Origin: Yuukianura sp. NJ FZ-2021
Lineage: Eukaryota
Assembly (NCBI GenBank): GCA_046563655.1
Contig: CM102285.1
Span: 1,240,001-1,304,000 of the forward strand
Reading direction: 5' to 3'
Length of the DNA stretch: 64,000 bases
Of the stretch, positions 37,890 through 50,300 are shown in pieces. The notes beneath the pieces were generated by a model. That model ran no database searches. It worked only from the letters and a program-made list of their open reading frames with translations, and had not been told where the DNA came from. Each line of letters starts with the position of its first letter. Within the stretch, counting starts at the first letter, position 1. The position numbers and the translations under genes were made by a program.

Positions 37890-40272
37890 CCGTGTTTATG
37901 TGTCAGACTGTTGGTTGTGGCAGAGTGTACAAGAGGAAGGATACGTTAGTTCGGCATATTCGGTAAAATGAAATTTTGTATGAAAAAAAAAACTTTTGTT
38001 TAGAAATTTTCATTTCAATTTTTGAAAAATATTTCAAAATTTTAGATATGAGTGTAACAAACCTCCAAAGTTTAGTTGCGTCTGTGGGTATATGACAAAA
38101 CATAGATGGGATTTGAATACTCACCATAAGACTTGCAAAATTCATCAAACTTTTTTGGAGCAGAAAGGAATTTAGCCGATTTTGCCGTTGCGAGTTTTGC
38201 TGCTGCCAGTTTTGTTGTCGTCATTGTTTTCTTTTTACTTATACGACGAGAAATCCTAAGAAACTGTTTAAATTTATACAAAGTTTATTTCTGTTGAAGA
38301 GATTAAATGTTTTTTTTTCGTGGCGAACCTTCTCTGCAGCTACTACTATTTTGAAAATTCAGTGCTAAACAGCTTTTATTCTTTTTTATATTTTTTGAAA
38401 ACCATTTGAAGTTGAATACTCTTTGTTTAGCAGTGGTGTTTATGTGTCAAACCGCCGGTTGTGGCAAGGTATACAAGAAAAAGGATTCATTAGCTCGGCA
38501 TATACGGTAAAAATTATATTTATCAAATTCGGAAAGCGAGATTTTGTTTCAATTAATTTCGTTTTTGGAAATTTAAATTTTAGACATGAGTGTAACAAAC
38601 CTCGAAAATTTGGTTGCATTTGTGGGTACAAGGCAAAGTGGATATGGGATTTGAATACTCACTACAAGACATGCAAAAAGTATCGAGCTTTTTTGTAGCC
38701 ACTTTTGCTGTAGCCAGTTTTGCTGTTGAATTTTATAGAACTTACGAAGTGAAATGTTAAGAAAATATTCTATTTCTGTTCAACATTTCTTTCTTTGCAA
38801 AAATATGAAACTTTTCGAATATTAAAATCGTGGCGAACCTCCTCTTAGCTGCCTTTTTGAAAATTCAGTTAAATGAAACTTTTGAAACTTTTGAATTTTG
38901 GAAACTTTTCTTTAGCAGTGTGGTTTAAGTGTGAAATGGCTGGTTGTGGCAAGGTGTACATGAAGAAGGACTCATTAGCTCGACATTTACGGTAAAAGCG
39001 AAATTTCTTAAATCAATAAGCCAATTTTCTTAAAATGTCGTTTCACCTTTTGGGAAAATTATTTTGTTTTTAAAAATTGAAATTTTAGATACGAGTGTAA
39101 CAAACCTCGGCGGTTTGGTTGCATTTGTGGGTACAACGCAAAGTGGACTTGGCACCTTACTAAGCATCAAAAGACGTGCAGGTTACATAAAGCCTCTTTG
39201 AGGCAAAATGGAATGTAGACGATTTTGCTGTAGCCAGTTTTTGTGTTGACTTTCTTAGCCCTACCAATTAAAATCTAAATGTGTAAATTTTAAAGTTCAG
39301 ACTCTCTTTATTGTTGTCGGAAATTTGAAACTTCTGGATTTTAAAATCGTGGCGAACCTTCTCTGTAGTTGCCGTTTTTGAAAATTGAGTAAATAAAACT
39401 GTAAAAGCTTTGGAACTTGTTAAAAACCAATTCAATTTTGAAACTTTGTCTTTAGCTTTAGCAGTGGGGTTTAGGTGTCAAACGCCTGGTTGTGGGAAGG
39501 TGTACGTGAGGAAGGAGTCGTTATGTCGACATACACGGTAAAAGCCAAATTTGCAAAATTAGGAAACCAATTTTCGTAAAATATTTTTTGAAGATTATTT
39601 TGTTTTTGAAAATGGAAATTTTAGACATGAGTGTAACAAACCTCGAAAGTTTGGTTGCATTTGTGGGTACAATGCGAGGTGGATTTGGCACCTTAATGAT
39701 CATCATAAGAAGTGCAGGATGCATCAAGCCTCTTTGCAGCTGGAAGGGGAGTAGCCGATTTTGTTGTGGTCAGTTTTCCTGTTGATTTTTTTTTCAAATT
39801 TAGGAAATGAAATCGTAACAATATGCTTAAGTTTTGACCTTAAAAGTTCTTTTTGAAAATAGGAAGAATTTTTAATATTGAAGTCGTGGCGAACCTTCTC
39901 TGTAGTTGCCTTTATAGCTTTTCGAAAATTCTGGAAATAAAACGTTTCAAAATTTTCAACTTTGAAAACTTTTCTTTAGCAGCGGTGTTTAAGTGTCAAA
40001 CGCCTGGTTGTGGCAAGGTGTACATGAAGAAGGATTCATTATCTCGGCATATACGGTAAAAGTCAAATTTGCAAAATCAGGAAACCAATTTTCGTAAAAT
40101 ATTTTTTGAAAATTATTTTGTTTTTGAAAATGGAAATTTTAGACATGAGTGTAACAAACCTCGAAAGTTTGGTTGCATTTGTGGGTACAAGGCAAGGTGG
40201 ATTTGGCACCTCAATGATCACCATAAGAAGTGCAGGATGCATCAAGCCTCGTTGCAGCTGAAAGGGGAGTAG
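37890..40272 (+). CDS. Five recently duplicated split cassettes: 37890-38175, 38431-38698, 38916-39218, 39462-39754, 39980-40272
   Basis: CQTxGCGKVY..RHIR|HECNKPRKFGCICGY..W..HHKxC family. Each is preceded by cgtggcgaacct (~37786, ~38319, ~38829, ~39348, ~39885). Confidence 0.85.
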
Positions 40273-40501
40273 CCGATTTTGTTATGGCCAGTTTTGCTGT
40301 TGATTTTTTTTTTCAAACTTACGAAATGAAATCGTAACAATATGTTTAAGTTTTGACCTTAAAATTTTTTGTTTTTGAGAACAGGAAGAATTTGTAATAT
40401 GGAAATCGTGGCGAACCTTCTCTGTAGTTGCCTTTTTACGTTTTGGAAAATTCAGAAAATAAAACGTTTCAAAATTTTCAATTTTGAAAACTTTTCTTTA
40501 G

Positions 40502-40815
40502 CATCGGTGTTTAAGTGTCAAACGTCTGGTAGTGGGAAGTTGTCCATGAAGAAAGTCTCCTTAACTCGACACTTACGATAAAAGCGAAATTCGTAAATTG
40601 AGAGACTAAAAGCAATTTAGCTAAAACGTTGTTTCACTTTTTTGGAAATGATTTCTTTCCTTTTTTGAAAATTTAAATTTAAACACGAGTGTAACAACCC
40701 TCGAAAGTTTGGTTGCGTAGTTTGTGGGTACAAGGCAAAGTGGATTTGGCACCTTACTGAGCATCATAAGACATGCAGGACACATAAAGCTTCTTTGTAG
40801 CAAAAGGGGGTGTAG
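40502..40815 (+). pseudogene. Decayed member of the NKPRKF family
   Basis: Cys to Ser (TSGSGK); donor GGTAAA changed to GATAAA; second-exon acceptor AG lost; in-frame TAG. Confidence 0.8.
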
Positions 40816-41068
40816 CCGATTTGGCTGTGGGCAGTTTTGCTGTTGTAAATTTGTTTTGTGTATAAAGTGAATCATAACAAATGTTTAAATTTTCAAAGAA
40901 ATGTCTCGTTTTTGGAAATCATTAGCATTTTTTAGTATTTAAATCGTGGTGAATCTTCTCTATTGTGGCTGTTAAACGAGCTTGAATTAAATTAAAACGG
41001 GTATTTAAAGTATAATTTGTAATATATTTTATAATATGATAAATACTTTTGTTGTAACTCTTTATCAG

Positions 41069-41340
41069 TGATTCTTCCGTACCCTACTAGCGGTGGTGTT
41101 AGGCCGTACAAGAGGGGGCGTTTAGTTCCGTATGTGCGGTAAAACGACAATAATGTTTTCCTAAACAAGTTTTTTGTAAACAAGGTTTTGAATATTATTT
41201 TGTGTTTTGACTTTCTTAGGTGTGAAATTAACACTAGTGGGGGGTTTACATGTATTTGCAGTTTTAGAACTTCTACCAGGAGTGGTATGAACATTCACCA
41301 GCGCATGTGTACGGTCTATCAGAAGCAAAGAAAAATGTAG
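41069..41340 (+). CDS. Split cassette with first-finger ligands lost and second finger intact
   Basis: YPTSGGVRPYKRGRLVPYVR|CEINTSGGFTCICSFRTSTRSGMNIHQRMC. Selector cgtggtgaatcttctc at ~40945. Confidence 0.6.
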
Positions 41341-41606
41341 GCGAAATTGTTTTGGCTAGTTTTGATATTCCAGTTTTGTTCGGCTATATAGTAGGAAGTG
41401 GAATTTTTAAAAAATCGGCTGTAAAATTTGTTAAATTTTGTGTAAAGTTTTATTTGTGGTAGAACCAAATTTTGGAAAGGTTGAAATCGTGTTGAACCTG
41501 CTCTGGGGTCGCAGTTTTTAAAAATTATTAAATCTTTTGCTTTTATTAAATTTTGTTCTGTACAGCTTTGTTCAAAACTTGAGCGTTTTTTAAATTTGGA
41601 TTTTAG

Positions 41607-42894
41607 TACTACGGTTTTGGTGCGTGAACAGAAATTGTTGGAGGAGTTATGCCAGTAAAGGAAATTTGATGAGACACTTACGGTAATTTTTGATTTAGTT
41701 GACCTCTGAGGTCATTTATAAAGTAGAGGTCAATGACCTTGAAATTTTGTTTTAGATATGAATGTAATCAGGAGCCGAGATTTCAATGTCCATGTGGATA
41801 TAAAGCGAAACAAAAAGTGAACTTGGAGGCACACTATGTACATTGTTCAGTTGCAACTGCCGCAACAACTAGGAACCTGAGACCTTAGACCTCTCAAGAT
41901 CGTCGGGGCAAAGTTTTTCAATTTCTAAACTAGTTTTTTTTTAATTTCTCCTAAAATAAATTAAGGTTTCCTTTACAAACGGATTCACGGCGGTTTTGCT
42001 TGTCCAAATTCAGGATGTGAACGAATTTACAATTACAAGTGTAAGGGATCAGTGAATCGGCATTTTCGGTATTTGAAAAATGTTTTTTGAATTTTTGGTT
42101 AAGAAATTTTGAAACTTGGAGTTTTTTCAATTTCGAAGTTTCTGGTAACTTGTTAGGTATGAGTGTAACAGGGCTCCAGTATTCCAGTGCGTCTGTGCAT
42201 ATCGGACAAAACGAAAGGATTCCTTGAAATTCCACCAAAAAAGATGTGCGGACTACCAGAGTTTTGTTGGTGATAAAAATCAATAAAATATATAAATAAA
42301 TAAGTAAACTTTAAATAAAAACAAATATAAAAAGTTAGGTTTCTCCACGACTTTTCTTTCTCTTTTTCTTTGTTTTTCGAAGATTTTTTGATTTAAAAAA
42401 TTGTGGTTTAATCTCTTGGTCGCCTGGTTTTGTTGTTTGAATTTAATTTACTGTAAATTTAAAATTTATCAGGACATTTTTATGAAATTTCATTTTTTTT
42501 TTAAATAGCAGTAATTTTGTTTTATTTTGAAGAAAGTCTAATTGGAGTAGGAAAAAAGGGTAAAGTGGGATACTTGTGTCCAAATGCTGGATGTCACTGT
42601 GTTTACAAAAACAAGACGCATTGGATTCGGCATGTCAGGTAATCCAAATTTTGATTTTGAAAAAAAAAATATTTTTTTGAAAACTTGTTAATAAGTTCCA
42701 AAATTTTTAAAGACTTGTCAAATCCATGTTTTAGACACCAATGCAAGGTGGCGCCACAATTCATTTGTTTATGTGGCCACATATCTAAAATGAAGAAGCA
42801 GTTTTTCGCCCATCAACTCAAATGCGCAGCTTACCATGCTGAAAGCCAGTCTTGGGGACCTAACGAACCTAAATTTAACATATTTACTGACTAA
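41607..42894 (+). CDS. Three split cassettes: 41607-41888, 41966-42286, 42533-42894
   Basis: CVNRNC / CPNSGC / CPNAGC first halves with YEC/HQC second halves. Selectors at 41488-41512, ~41888 (gacctctcaagatcg) and ~42403. Confidence 0.8.
41727..41739. promoter_or_regulatory. Perfect IR1 nuclear-receptor palindrome (EcRE-like) AGGTCAaTGACCT
   Basis: Sequence match only. An everted pair TGACCTctgAGGTCA lies next to it at 41700-41714. Confidence 0.35.
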
Positions 42895-43103
42895 ATCTAG
42901 CGAAAACCTAATCTAGCCTAAAATTAGGTTAACCTATTTCATCTTTAATAACTAAATAAGGTTTTTAGTTTTCAATATTAGTGTTCTAGTTTTTCGGAAA
43001 AATCAACGTGGTGTTCTCTCATCAGTGTCGCTAGTTTTGTTTTTTTTTGAAATTCTAAAGTTATTTGTGAGATTCGATTTTCAAAATTTTGAATTTTTGA
43101 AAG

Positions 43104-46100
43104 GAATCAGTGCACTGAAAAACCGTTCATTTGTGTACGCTTGTCCGAATGAAGGGTGTGCTCGGGTGTATGGGCTTAGAACCAATCTAAATCGACACGT
43201 TCGGTAAATGAAAATTCAATTCTTCAATTGTAATTTTTGAATTTCGAGTTTGAATTTTGAAGAATGATTTTGAAATTGGACTTTTAGTTTTGAGTGCAAC
43301 ATTGCACGGCAGTTTCCTTGTTTGTGTGGAGCCAAATTCAAAAGGAAAGACACTTTACTTACGCATCAGACCAAATGTGTTGCGATGGAACAAGCTTTGG
43401 GCAGAATTTAATAACTAAATTTAAATAATTAATCTAAATTTATAATGAATAACTTACTGAAGTTTCTAGTTTTCACGGTCGTTAAATGTTTTCTTTTTGG
43501 TTTTGAAGGAATTAAATTTGTAAGCGTGGTTTGCTCTCGAAGTCGCTGGGCTCAAAATATTTTTTAAATTGCAACTTTGAAAAAAAATTGACTTGAATTT
43601 TGAAAGGGATTGGATTATGGAAAAACTGTTCATTTGGTTTTACCTGTCCTAATACTGGGTGTGGTCGTGCATACATCGTCAAAAGAAGTTTAACTAGACA
43701 TGTTAGGTAAAAAAAAATAATCGAATTCGATGTTCCAACATTTTGATTTGAGTTTCTGAAGTTGTTGGATTCCCAATTTTCAGATTCGAGTGCAACAAAT
43801 CAGCACAGTTTGGTTGTAAATGTGGTGCGAAATTTAAAAGGAATGACACTTTACTGGCTCATCAGGTCAAATGTCGAACGAGTCTTGCAGAATTAAGAAA
43901 TTTGAAAACCTAAGTACTTAATCCAACTTTTTAAGCAGGTTTTCTAGGTTTCACTGTTTTTCAGTTTGCAGTTTTTTCCCGATTTCTAATTTTGTTTTCT
44001 AATTAAATACGTGGTTTAACTCTCGGAGTCGCTTGGTTCTAAATTATTTTTGAATTTATCAAAGTCAAAATTTTTTTGAATTTAATTTTGAAAGGAATTG
44101 GAGCATTGGAAAACTGTTCGTTTGTTTTTACTTGCCCTCATACTGGGTGTGGTCGTTGGTTCAATTCCCAAAGCAGTCTAAGTCGTCATGTGAGGTAAAA
44201 AACACGATTTTAGGAGCTTTTGAATGTTTTCTTTTTGGAAATCAGTTTTTTAAGTCCGTGGATTTGGAATTTTTCAGATTGGAGTGCAAAAGAGATATAC
44301 AGTATCCTTGTGTGTGTGGAATGAAAACGAAAAGAAAATTCAATTTGTGGCGGCATCAGGCTAAGTGTAGAGTGTTCAACGAGCAGAAATTGAAGAAAGT
44401 TTAACTTGAGTTGCTTTCGAAATTTTCATAAAAGAGCGGGAAAAATTTCTCATTTAATATACAATTCCTATGGAGTTGACAATTTAAATTCATTCAAATA
44501 AAGATCAGGTTTACAATTACTTGTGAAACTGCATTTTGCCAAAGTCGCTTTTGGGCGGAAAAAAGGTTTTGGAATTAAGTGTTTTCAATGTTATCTTTTC
44601 CGTTTTCTAATTGAATCTAACGTGGTTTGCCTTTGGAGTCGCTGGGTTCTAAATTATTTTGAAATTATCAAAGTTACAATTTTTTGGATTTAATTTTGAA
44701 AGGAATTGGATTATCGTTTGGTTTTACTTGTCCTAATACTTGGTGTGGTCGCGTGTTCAACGCCCAAAGCAGTCTAAGTCGGCACATGAGGTAAAAAAAA
44801 ATCGAATCCAAGATTTTTGACTTTTTTTTTTTTTGGAGAATCAGTTTTTTAGGTTGTTGGATTTGGAATTTTTCAGATTGGAGTGCAAGAGAGAAGTACC
44901 GTTTACTTGTGTTTGTGGGAAGAAAACGAAACAAAGATACAGTTTGCGTCGGCATCAGGTCAAGTGTGCACTGTACAACGAGCAGAAATTTAAGATATTT
45001 TAACGCGGTTTGTTTTCAAAATTTCTGGAAATGCAAAAATTTCTACCTTAAAATACAATTTCTATGGAATTGACAATTTAAATTAATTAAAATAGAGATA
45101 AGGTTTACAGTCATTTCTAAAATTGCATTTGATAGGCCTCTCAAAGTCGCTTTTTGGCTCCACCTTATAGGGTTCTAAATGATTTTGAATTTATCAAAGT
45201 TGCAATTTTTTGGATTTAATTGTGCAAGGAATTGGATTATGGAAAGAGTGTTCGACTGGTTTTACTTGTCCTAATGCTGGGTGTGGTCGTATGTACAGCG
45301 TCCAAAGAAGTCTAAGTCGTCATGTGAGGTAATAAAATCGAGTTCGATTTTTGGAGATTTTGAATTTTTTGGGGGAATCAGTTTTTAAGTCAATTAATCA
45401 GTTGTTGTTGGATTTGGAATTTTTTAGATTCGAGTGCAACAGAGCTGCACAGTTTGCTTGTGTGTGTGGAACGAAAATTAAAAGAAAAGACAATTTGTTG
45501 CAGCATCAGGCCAAATGTCGTGTGTACAATGAGCAGAAATGTTGAGAAGTTTCAATGTGTTTTTTTTTTGTTTTGTTTTGTTTTTTTTTTTGTTTTGTTT
45601 TTTTTTTTGTTTTGTTTTTTTTGAAAATTTTCCGAAGAGTGGGAAAAAATTCTAATTTAAAATAGAATTTCTGTGTATTTAACGATTTAAATTAATTAAA
45701 ATAAAAATCAGCTTTACAGTTATTTCTGAAGGTTCATCTTCCAAGCCTCTCAACGTCGCTTTAGGGCAGAAACAAAATTTTGGAATTCGAGTAACTAGAG
45801 TTTGCCGCTAGGCAATTCGTCGAATTTCGACCAATTGACTTTCGGTGAATTGTATGTCGACGTAATCAAGTACTTTGTTTGGGTTGCTTAGGAGGGTTAA
45901 AAAGGCGGGCATGTGATCGATTTCTTTGCCCGAATCCTGGCTGTACAGGAGTATACTCCAATCCTGGTAACTTGAACAGGCACCTTCGGTAGGTTATACA
46001 CTTTTTTTTTTTAAAGTTTGAGTTTTTTCGAAATTTGAAATTTTAGATTTTTGGTTTGATTCTCCCCAATTTGTAGGTACGAGTGTAATATACCACCGCA

Positions 46101-46200
46101 ATTCTATTGTGTCTGTGGCTTCGGTAGTAAGAGAAAGCAGAATCTTGAGGTTCACCAGCGGCGATGCCAAATTTTTCAAAATGAGTTGCAGCGTCGTTGA
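43104..46200 (+). CDS. Six split cassettes: 43104-43411, 43607-43913, 44095-44404, 44703-45003, 45229-45545, 45892-46200
   Basis: CP(N/H)xxC..RH(V/M/L)R|xEC..CxCG..HQxxC. Selectors at ~43006, ~43525, ~44010, ~44619, ~45137 and ~45746. Confidence 0.82.
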
Positions 46201-46440
46201 ATCTTTTTGAATTTTTTTCTTTAAATTTCTAAAAAAAAACGTGTTTCAAAAAACTTTGCTCAAAGTCATGTTGCTGTCCTAGTTGAAAATTTTTTAGGAC
46301 GTGTTTTTTTTTTAAATAAAGACTTGTCATTTGTGAGTCCGCGAGGATTTGAAAAGTTGAAACCGTTTTTTACCTCTCAATGTCGCCGTGGTTAATTTTT
46401 GTATGAAAGAATTTTTTGAAAGTTTGAAACTGACCAATAG

Positions 46441-47000
46441 GAACGCGTTTCCCTTGTCCGAATGCTGGTTGCCATCGAACTTATGGTTCAAAGTCCAATT
46501 TGTCGCGACATTTGAGGTTGGTTTGTTTTTTGCGCCAAAGTTCAAGTAAATTTTCAAAATTTGGGTTTAAGTTTTGAACACTTTCAGTACTTTTTTTTAG
46601 AGCTGAATGCGGAAATAAGAACCCCGTGTCTCGCTTATACTGTGAGCAATGTGGCTACAGGACTTGCCGATCCGATAACCTCAAGCGACATATTTCAGTT
46701 ACACATCGGTCAGTGTTCAAAGAGCAAATAAGTTTTCTTTAATAATGATTTTTTCTATAAGTTTGTACAAAGTCATAACAGTTTTCACAACTTACCAAAT
46801 TTTTAAAAATTACTTGAAATTCAAGATAAACAAATTGTTATAACTCTTTTTCGAGGGAATAAAGGTAACATTTTGAATTTGAATTTGCCAGGCATGAGTG
46901 TAAGGCGCAACCGCAACATGTCTGTGTCAACTGCGGATATAAAACGTACTGGAAGGCGAATTTGTGTCGTCATCAAGTCAACTGTTTCGCTCCTCGATAA
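46441..47000 (+). CDS. Split cassette with two alternative second halves (46441-46516 + 46601-46742 or 46892-47000)
   Basis: CPNAGC..RHLR joined to AECG..CEQC..HISVTH or HECK..CVNC..HQVNC. Selector acctctcaatgtcgccgtgg at 46372-46391. Confidence 0.75.
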
Positions 47001-47373
47001 CCTAACTAACCTAATGTACTTCTCCTTAACCTAACCAACCTAATGTACTTCCTAATTTACTAACCTAATCGAATACCCCTGTTTCTAAAACTTAAGTTGT
47101 GTATTTGACGAATTGTGTACAAATGGCAATGTTGATACTAATGTCAGTTACAGTAGGCAATGTACAGAATCGAAAGTATTAAGGAGAAAGCATGTTAACA
47201 ATTAAAAAAAAACGAAGTTTCGATCTTTCGATCTTGGTGGGGTTTTTTGTCTGTGAATTTTTTTCCTGGAATTTTGCTTTAGTTTAATTTTCGAATGTGG
47301 TAAACCTCTCTTGGACTCCATACGTTCGTAACTAATAAAAATTTTAAGCGTGTCATAATTTTTGTGGGGTTAG

Positions 47374-47645
47374 TGTTTCCTTGTCCAAACGCAAACTGTA
47401 CGAAAGTATTTATGTCAAGAGGGGGATTGAGCAACCATTTTCGGTACGTTTTCAGAATCTAAAGTTTTGGAAATTTTGGAATTTCAAATTTTGAAAGTTG
47501 TATTGATTTTTGAAGCTATAAGTGTAACAAGGAGCCTGGATTTCACTGTATTTGTTGTGGTCAAGCCTTCTACCACAAGGGAAGTTACAAGCGGCATCTC
47601 CTTAATTCCTCACGCTGTGCAGTAGTTGTAAATAGGCGACAGTAA
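47374..47645 (+). CDS. Split cassette
   Basis: CPNANC..HFR|YKCNKEPGFHCICC..HLLNSSRC. Selector gtggtaaacctctc at ~47297. Confidence 0.8.
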
Positions 47646-47873
47646 ATTCAAAATTTTGAATTTCGCGGTTCTCAAAAAAACCTTGCCACTTTTTTGGTAC
47701 TTTTTTCTATTTTACGTTATCACGATTCCGTGGTGTTGATTCTTGTTTAAAAATGTAATTTTTCTTTTCTTTAATTTTTTTTTATTAAAATTTACTTTCC
47801 CGTTGAAGTACATTTTTCATCTCACAAAAGATTTTTTTTTACTTGAAAAACTTCTTATTGAAGATCTTTTTAA

Positions 47874-48093
47874 AGGTTCGTAAACAAACAGAAAACTTTT
47901 TCTACACCAGGTTGTCCAATAACTCGAAGTTTTAAAATTTGTTTGAAAGTAGCAAATCTGCCTATCTAGGGTAATCGTTTGCATGTAATCTAAATGGGAT
48001 TGGTGCTAAATGTTGCTTGAATCAAGATTTTTGAAAACTCTGAGTTATTGGACAACATGTTTTAGGAAATAGAATTCGGTTGTCAAGGAACCT
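47874..48093. mobile_element. Small MITE-like repeat (related to 16290-16531)
   Basis: Shared blocks as for 16290-16531; internal inverted repeat ttgtccaataactc / gagttattggacaa. Confidence 0.6.
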
Positions 48094-48222
48094 TGAATTT
48101 TTTGGTGAAAGTAGAAGTGGAAATCTCTCAAGCGCTGTGGCGTGGTCATTGGCATTAGCTTTTCCTGTTCTTTTTGAATTCTTTTGTTTTAATAGTTTTT
48201 TTTTAACTGAACTATTTTGTAG

Positions 48223-48518
48223 TTGAGTTTTTTAACTTTGGGCATGGAACTGGGGCATTGTCCTTTGGCTGTTCCGTTCGTGGGAGACCATTGGCTTACT
48301 ATGAGAACAGGAAGTTCAATTTCCAACATTTGAAGAGTGGCGGGCCAGACGGGATTTCAAGATGGCGCTGCTCCAATTGGTACTCGAGGAAGTGCAACGC
48401 AATGCTTAAGACGAAGGGCGAGGAATTCATTAGTATCGGTCGACATGTCCAAAATTGTCCACCTTTTGGCAAGAGAGGTGCTAGAAGAGCAACACGCGCT
48501 CGAGGCAGAAGGCAGTAG
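48223..48518 (+). CDS. Alternative terminal exon, FLYWCH-like
   Basis: SVRGRPLAYYENRKF..RWRC..CNAMLKT..H. Selector gtggaaatctctcaagcgc at ~48117. Confidence 0.75.
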
Positions 48519-49002
48519 TCGCTTACTAGGTTAGTAACGTAACTCTAACCTAGTTGGAATTTGTAAAAAAAATGTTTTTTTTGGAAAACTACTTGGGATT
48601 TTTGTTTTAGAATATTGGGAGCAAAATTTGTCTCCAATTTTATCAAATTTATCTCTATAATGCTACCTTGCCGCATAGAAAGTAATGTTACACAAAGCTG
48701 AACTTTTTTTGGAGGGAATTTTGAATGGTGAAAAAAATCGCATTTGGCAGAATTGGTATAAACTCAACTTGAAATTTTTAAATTTCACAAAATTTTGTTT
48801 CAGTAGTGCAACATTGTACTAAAAATATATTATAATACTATATATTTACTGTATTTATAAGTGTACATTGGTATTGTTTGGGATTAAAGTTGCAAAATCT
48901 GCAAATCTTCAAAATCTCTCAAGGTCGTTGGCTCGCAGTGAATGACATGAAGGTCAAGGTTGTTTTTTAAGTGATTGACGTAAGATTTCTACTTTTGAAT
49001 AG

Positions 49003-49307
49003 ATTTCAGTAGTAAATTGAGCGTTTACCGCTGTCCCAACGCAAATTGTGATCGTTACTACCATGTCAAACAAAGTCTGTGGCGGCATTTGCGGTATGTT
49101 TAAGAAATATATGTAAAAGAATACTATGAATTTAACTTTGAAAAATATATTCCGAAATCGTGTTTCTCAAATTTCGAAAAAATTGACCTTCGTCCATTTT
49201 GCTGTAGGTACGAGTGTAATAAGGAACCGCAATTCACTTGCAGTGACTGCGGTCACAGAACTCACCACAAGAGCAACTACTTGAAACATTTGAAGATACA
49301 TAGATAA
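49003..49307 (+). CDS. Split cassette
   Basis: CPNANC..RHLR|YECNKEPQFTCSDC..HLKIH. Selector ctctcaaggtcg at 48916-48927. Confidence 0.85.
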
Positions 49308-49512
49308 ACTAATATTTTTGTATTTCTATTACAGAAAACTCTGTAACTTATGAAATGGGCAAAATACAAAACCAATGGCAATTGCACAAATGGGGGTTAG
49401 AAAATTTCATTATTCTGAGGTCCTATTGTCATTGCAAAATCCACCCATTTGCCATTTCATTTTGTCTGTCTACTGGTAACTTCCGTGTTAGAGTGAGGGA
49501 GGGGTTTTGTCT

Positions 49513-49635
49513 TTGAATTGCCATTTGTTTTGTATTCTGAATTGCCATTTGTTTTGTATTCTGAATTGCCATTTGTTTTGTATTCTGAATTGCCATTTGT
49601 TTTGTATTCTGAATTGCCATTTGTTTTGTATTCTG
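49513..49635. repeat. Minisatellite, 24-nt unit x5
   Basis: (tgaattgccatttgttttgtattc)5. Confidence 0.95.
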
Positions 49636-49844
49636 ATGTGCCCATTTCATAAATTACACAGTCTTCTGTATTTACATCAAAGATTTCTAAAATTTTCAAA
49701 AAATGTTCTTAAAATTCAAATTCATGTCGTTATGAGAACTATTGTTTTACTCTCAATGATTCGCCATGGTATTTTACGTCAGAAAAATCTTACTTGATTT
49801 TTTTTGTTCGGTATTTTGTGTTTCTTGATCCGTATTGCTCATAG

Positions 49845-50128
49845 GTGCGACTGGACCGGTGACCTTTGGCCTGTCAATGCGTGGAACTCGCGTTGCTTTC
49901 CACCAAGGTCGAGTGTTATATTTGAAGCGCGTCGTTCCCGGGACGCTTGGAAAACCTCCAGTGTTGACTTGGCGCTGCGGAAACTACGAGCGCCTGCGCT
50001 GCGTTGCTTCGATTAAAACAACAGATGACAAATTAATATCGGTTTTCAATTATCATACTTGCCCTCTAGGCTTTGGACGACCGCGCAAATTCAAAGATGT
50101 TCCGAAAATGAAAAGTGGAAATTTTTAA
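49845..50128 (+). CDS. Alternative terminal exon, FLYWCH-like
   Basis: SMRGTRVAFHQGRVLY..TWRC..CVASIKT..YHTC. Selector ctctcaatgattcgccatggtat at ~49750. Confidence 0.75.
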
Positions 50129-50300
50129 ATGTTCTGGAAAACTTCAAATTCTCTCTTCTCTTTTTCAACTTCCTATTCAATACTTCAACTCTTACACTAA
50201 AAGTTTAGTTTAGTTTAGTTTGATTATGTGGTGAACCTCTGAAAGTCCTGTTAGTAGAAATATATGAAATTTTGAAAATTAGCGCCATTTTGTCATACAG

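Noticed and set aside
45558-47070. T-rich microsatellite (45558-45622) and TAACC/CCTAA-rich short repeats (46998-47070)
   Set aside because: Low-complexity sequence, too short and irregular for a telomeric array or a defined element.
49429-49797. Repetitive peptides (QNTKQMAI / NCHLFCIL / SEYKTNGN)
   Set aside because: Translation artefacts of the 24-nt minisatellite.
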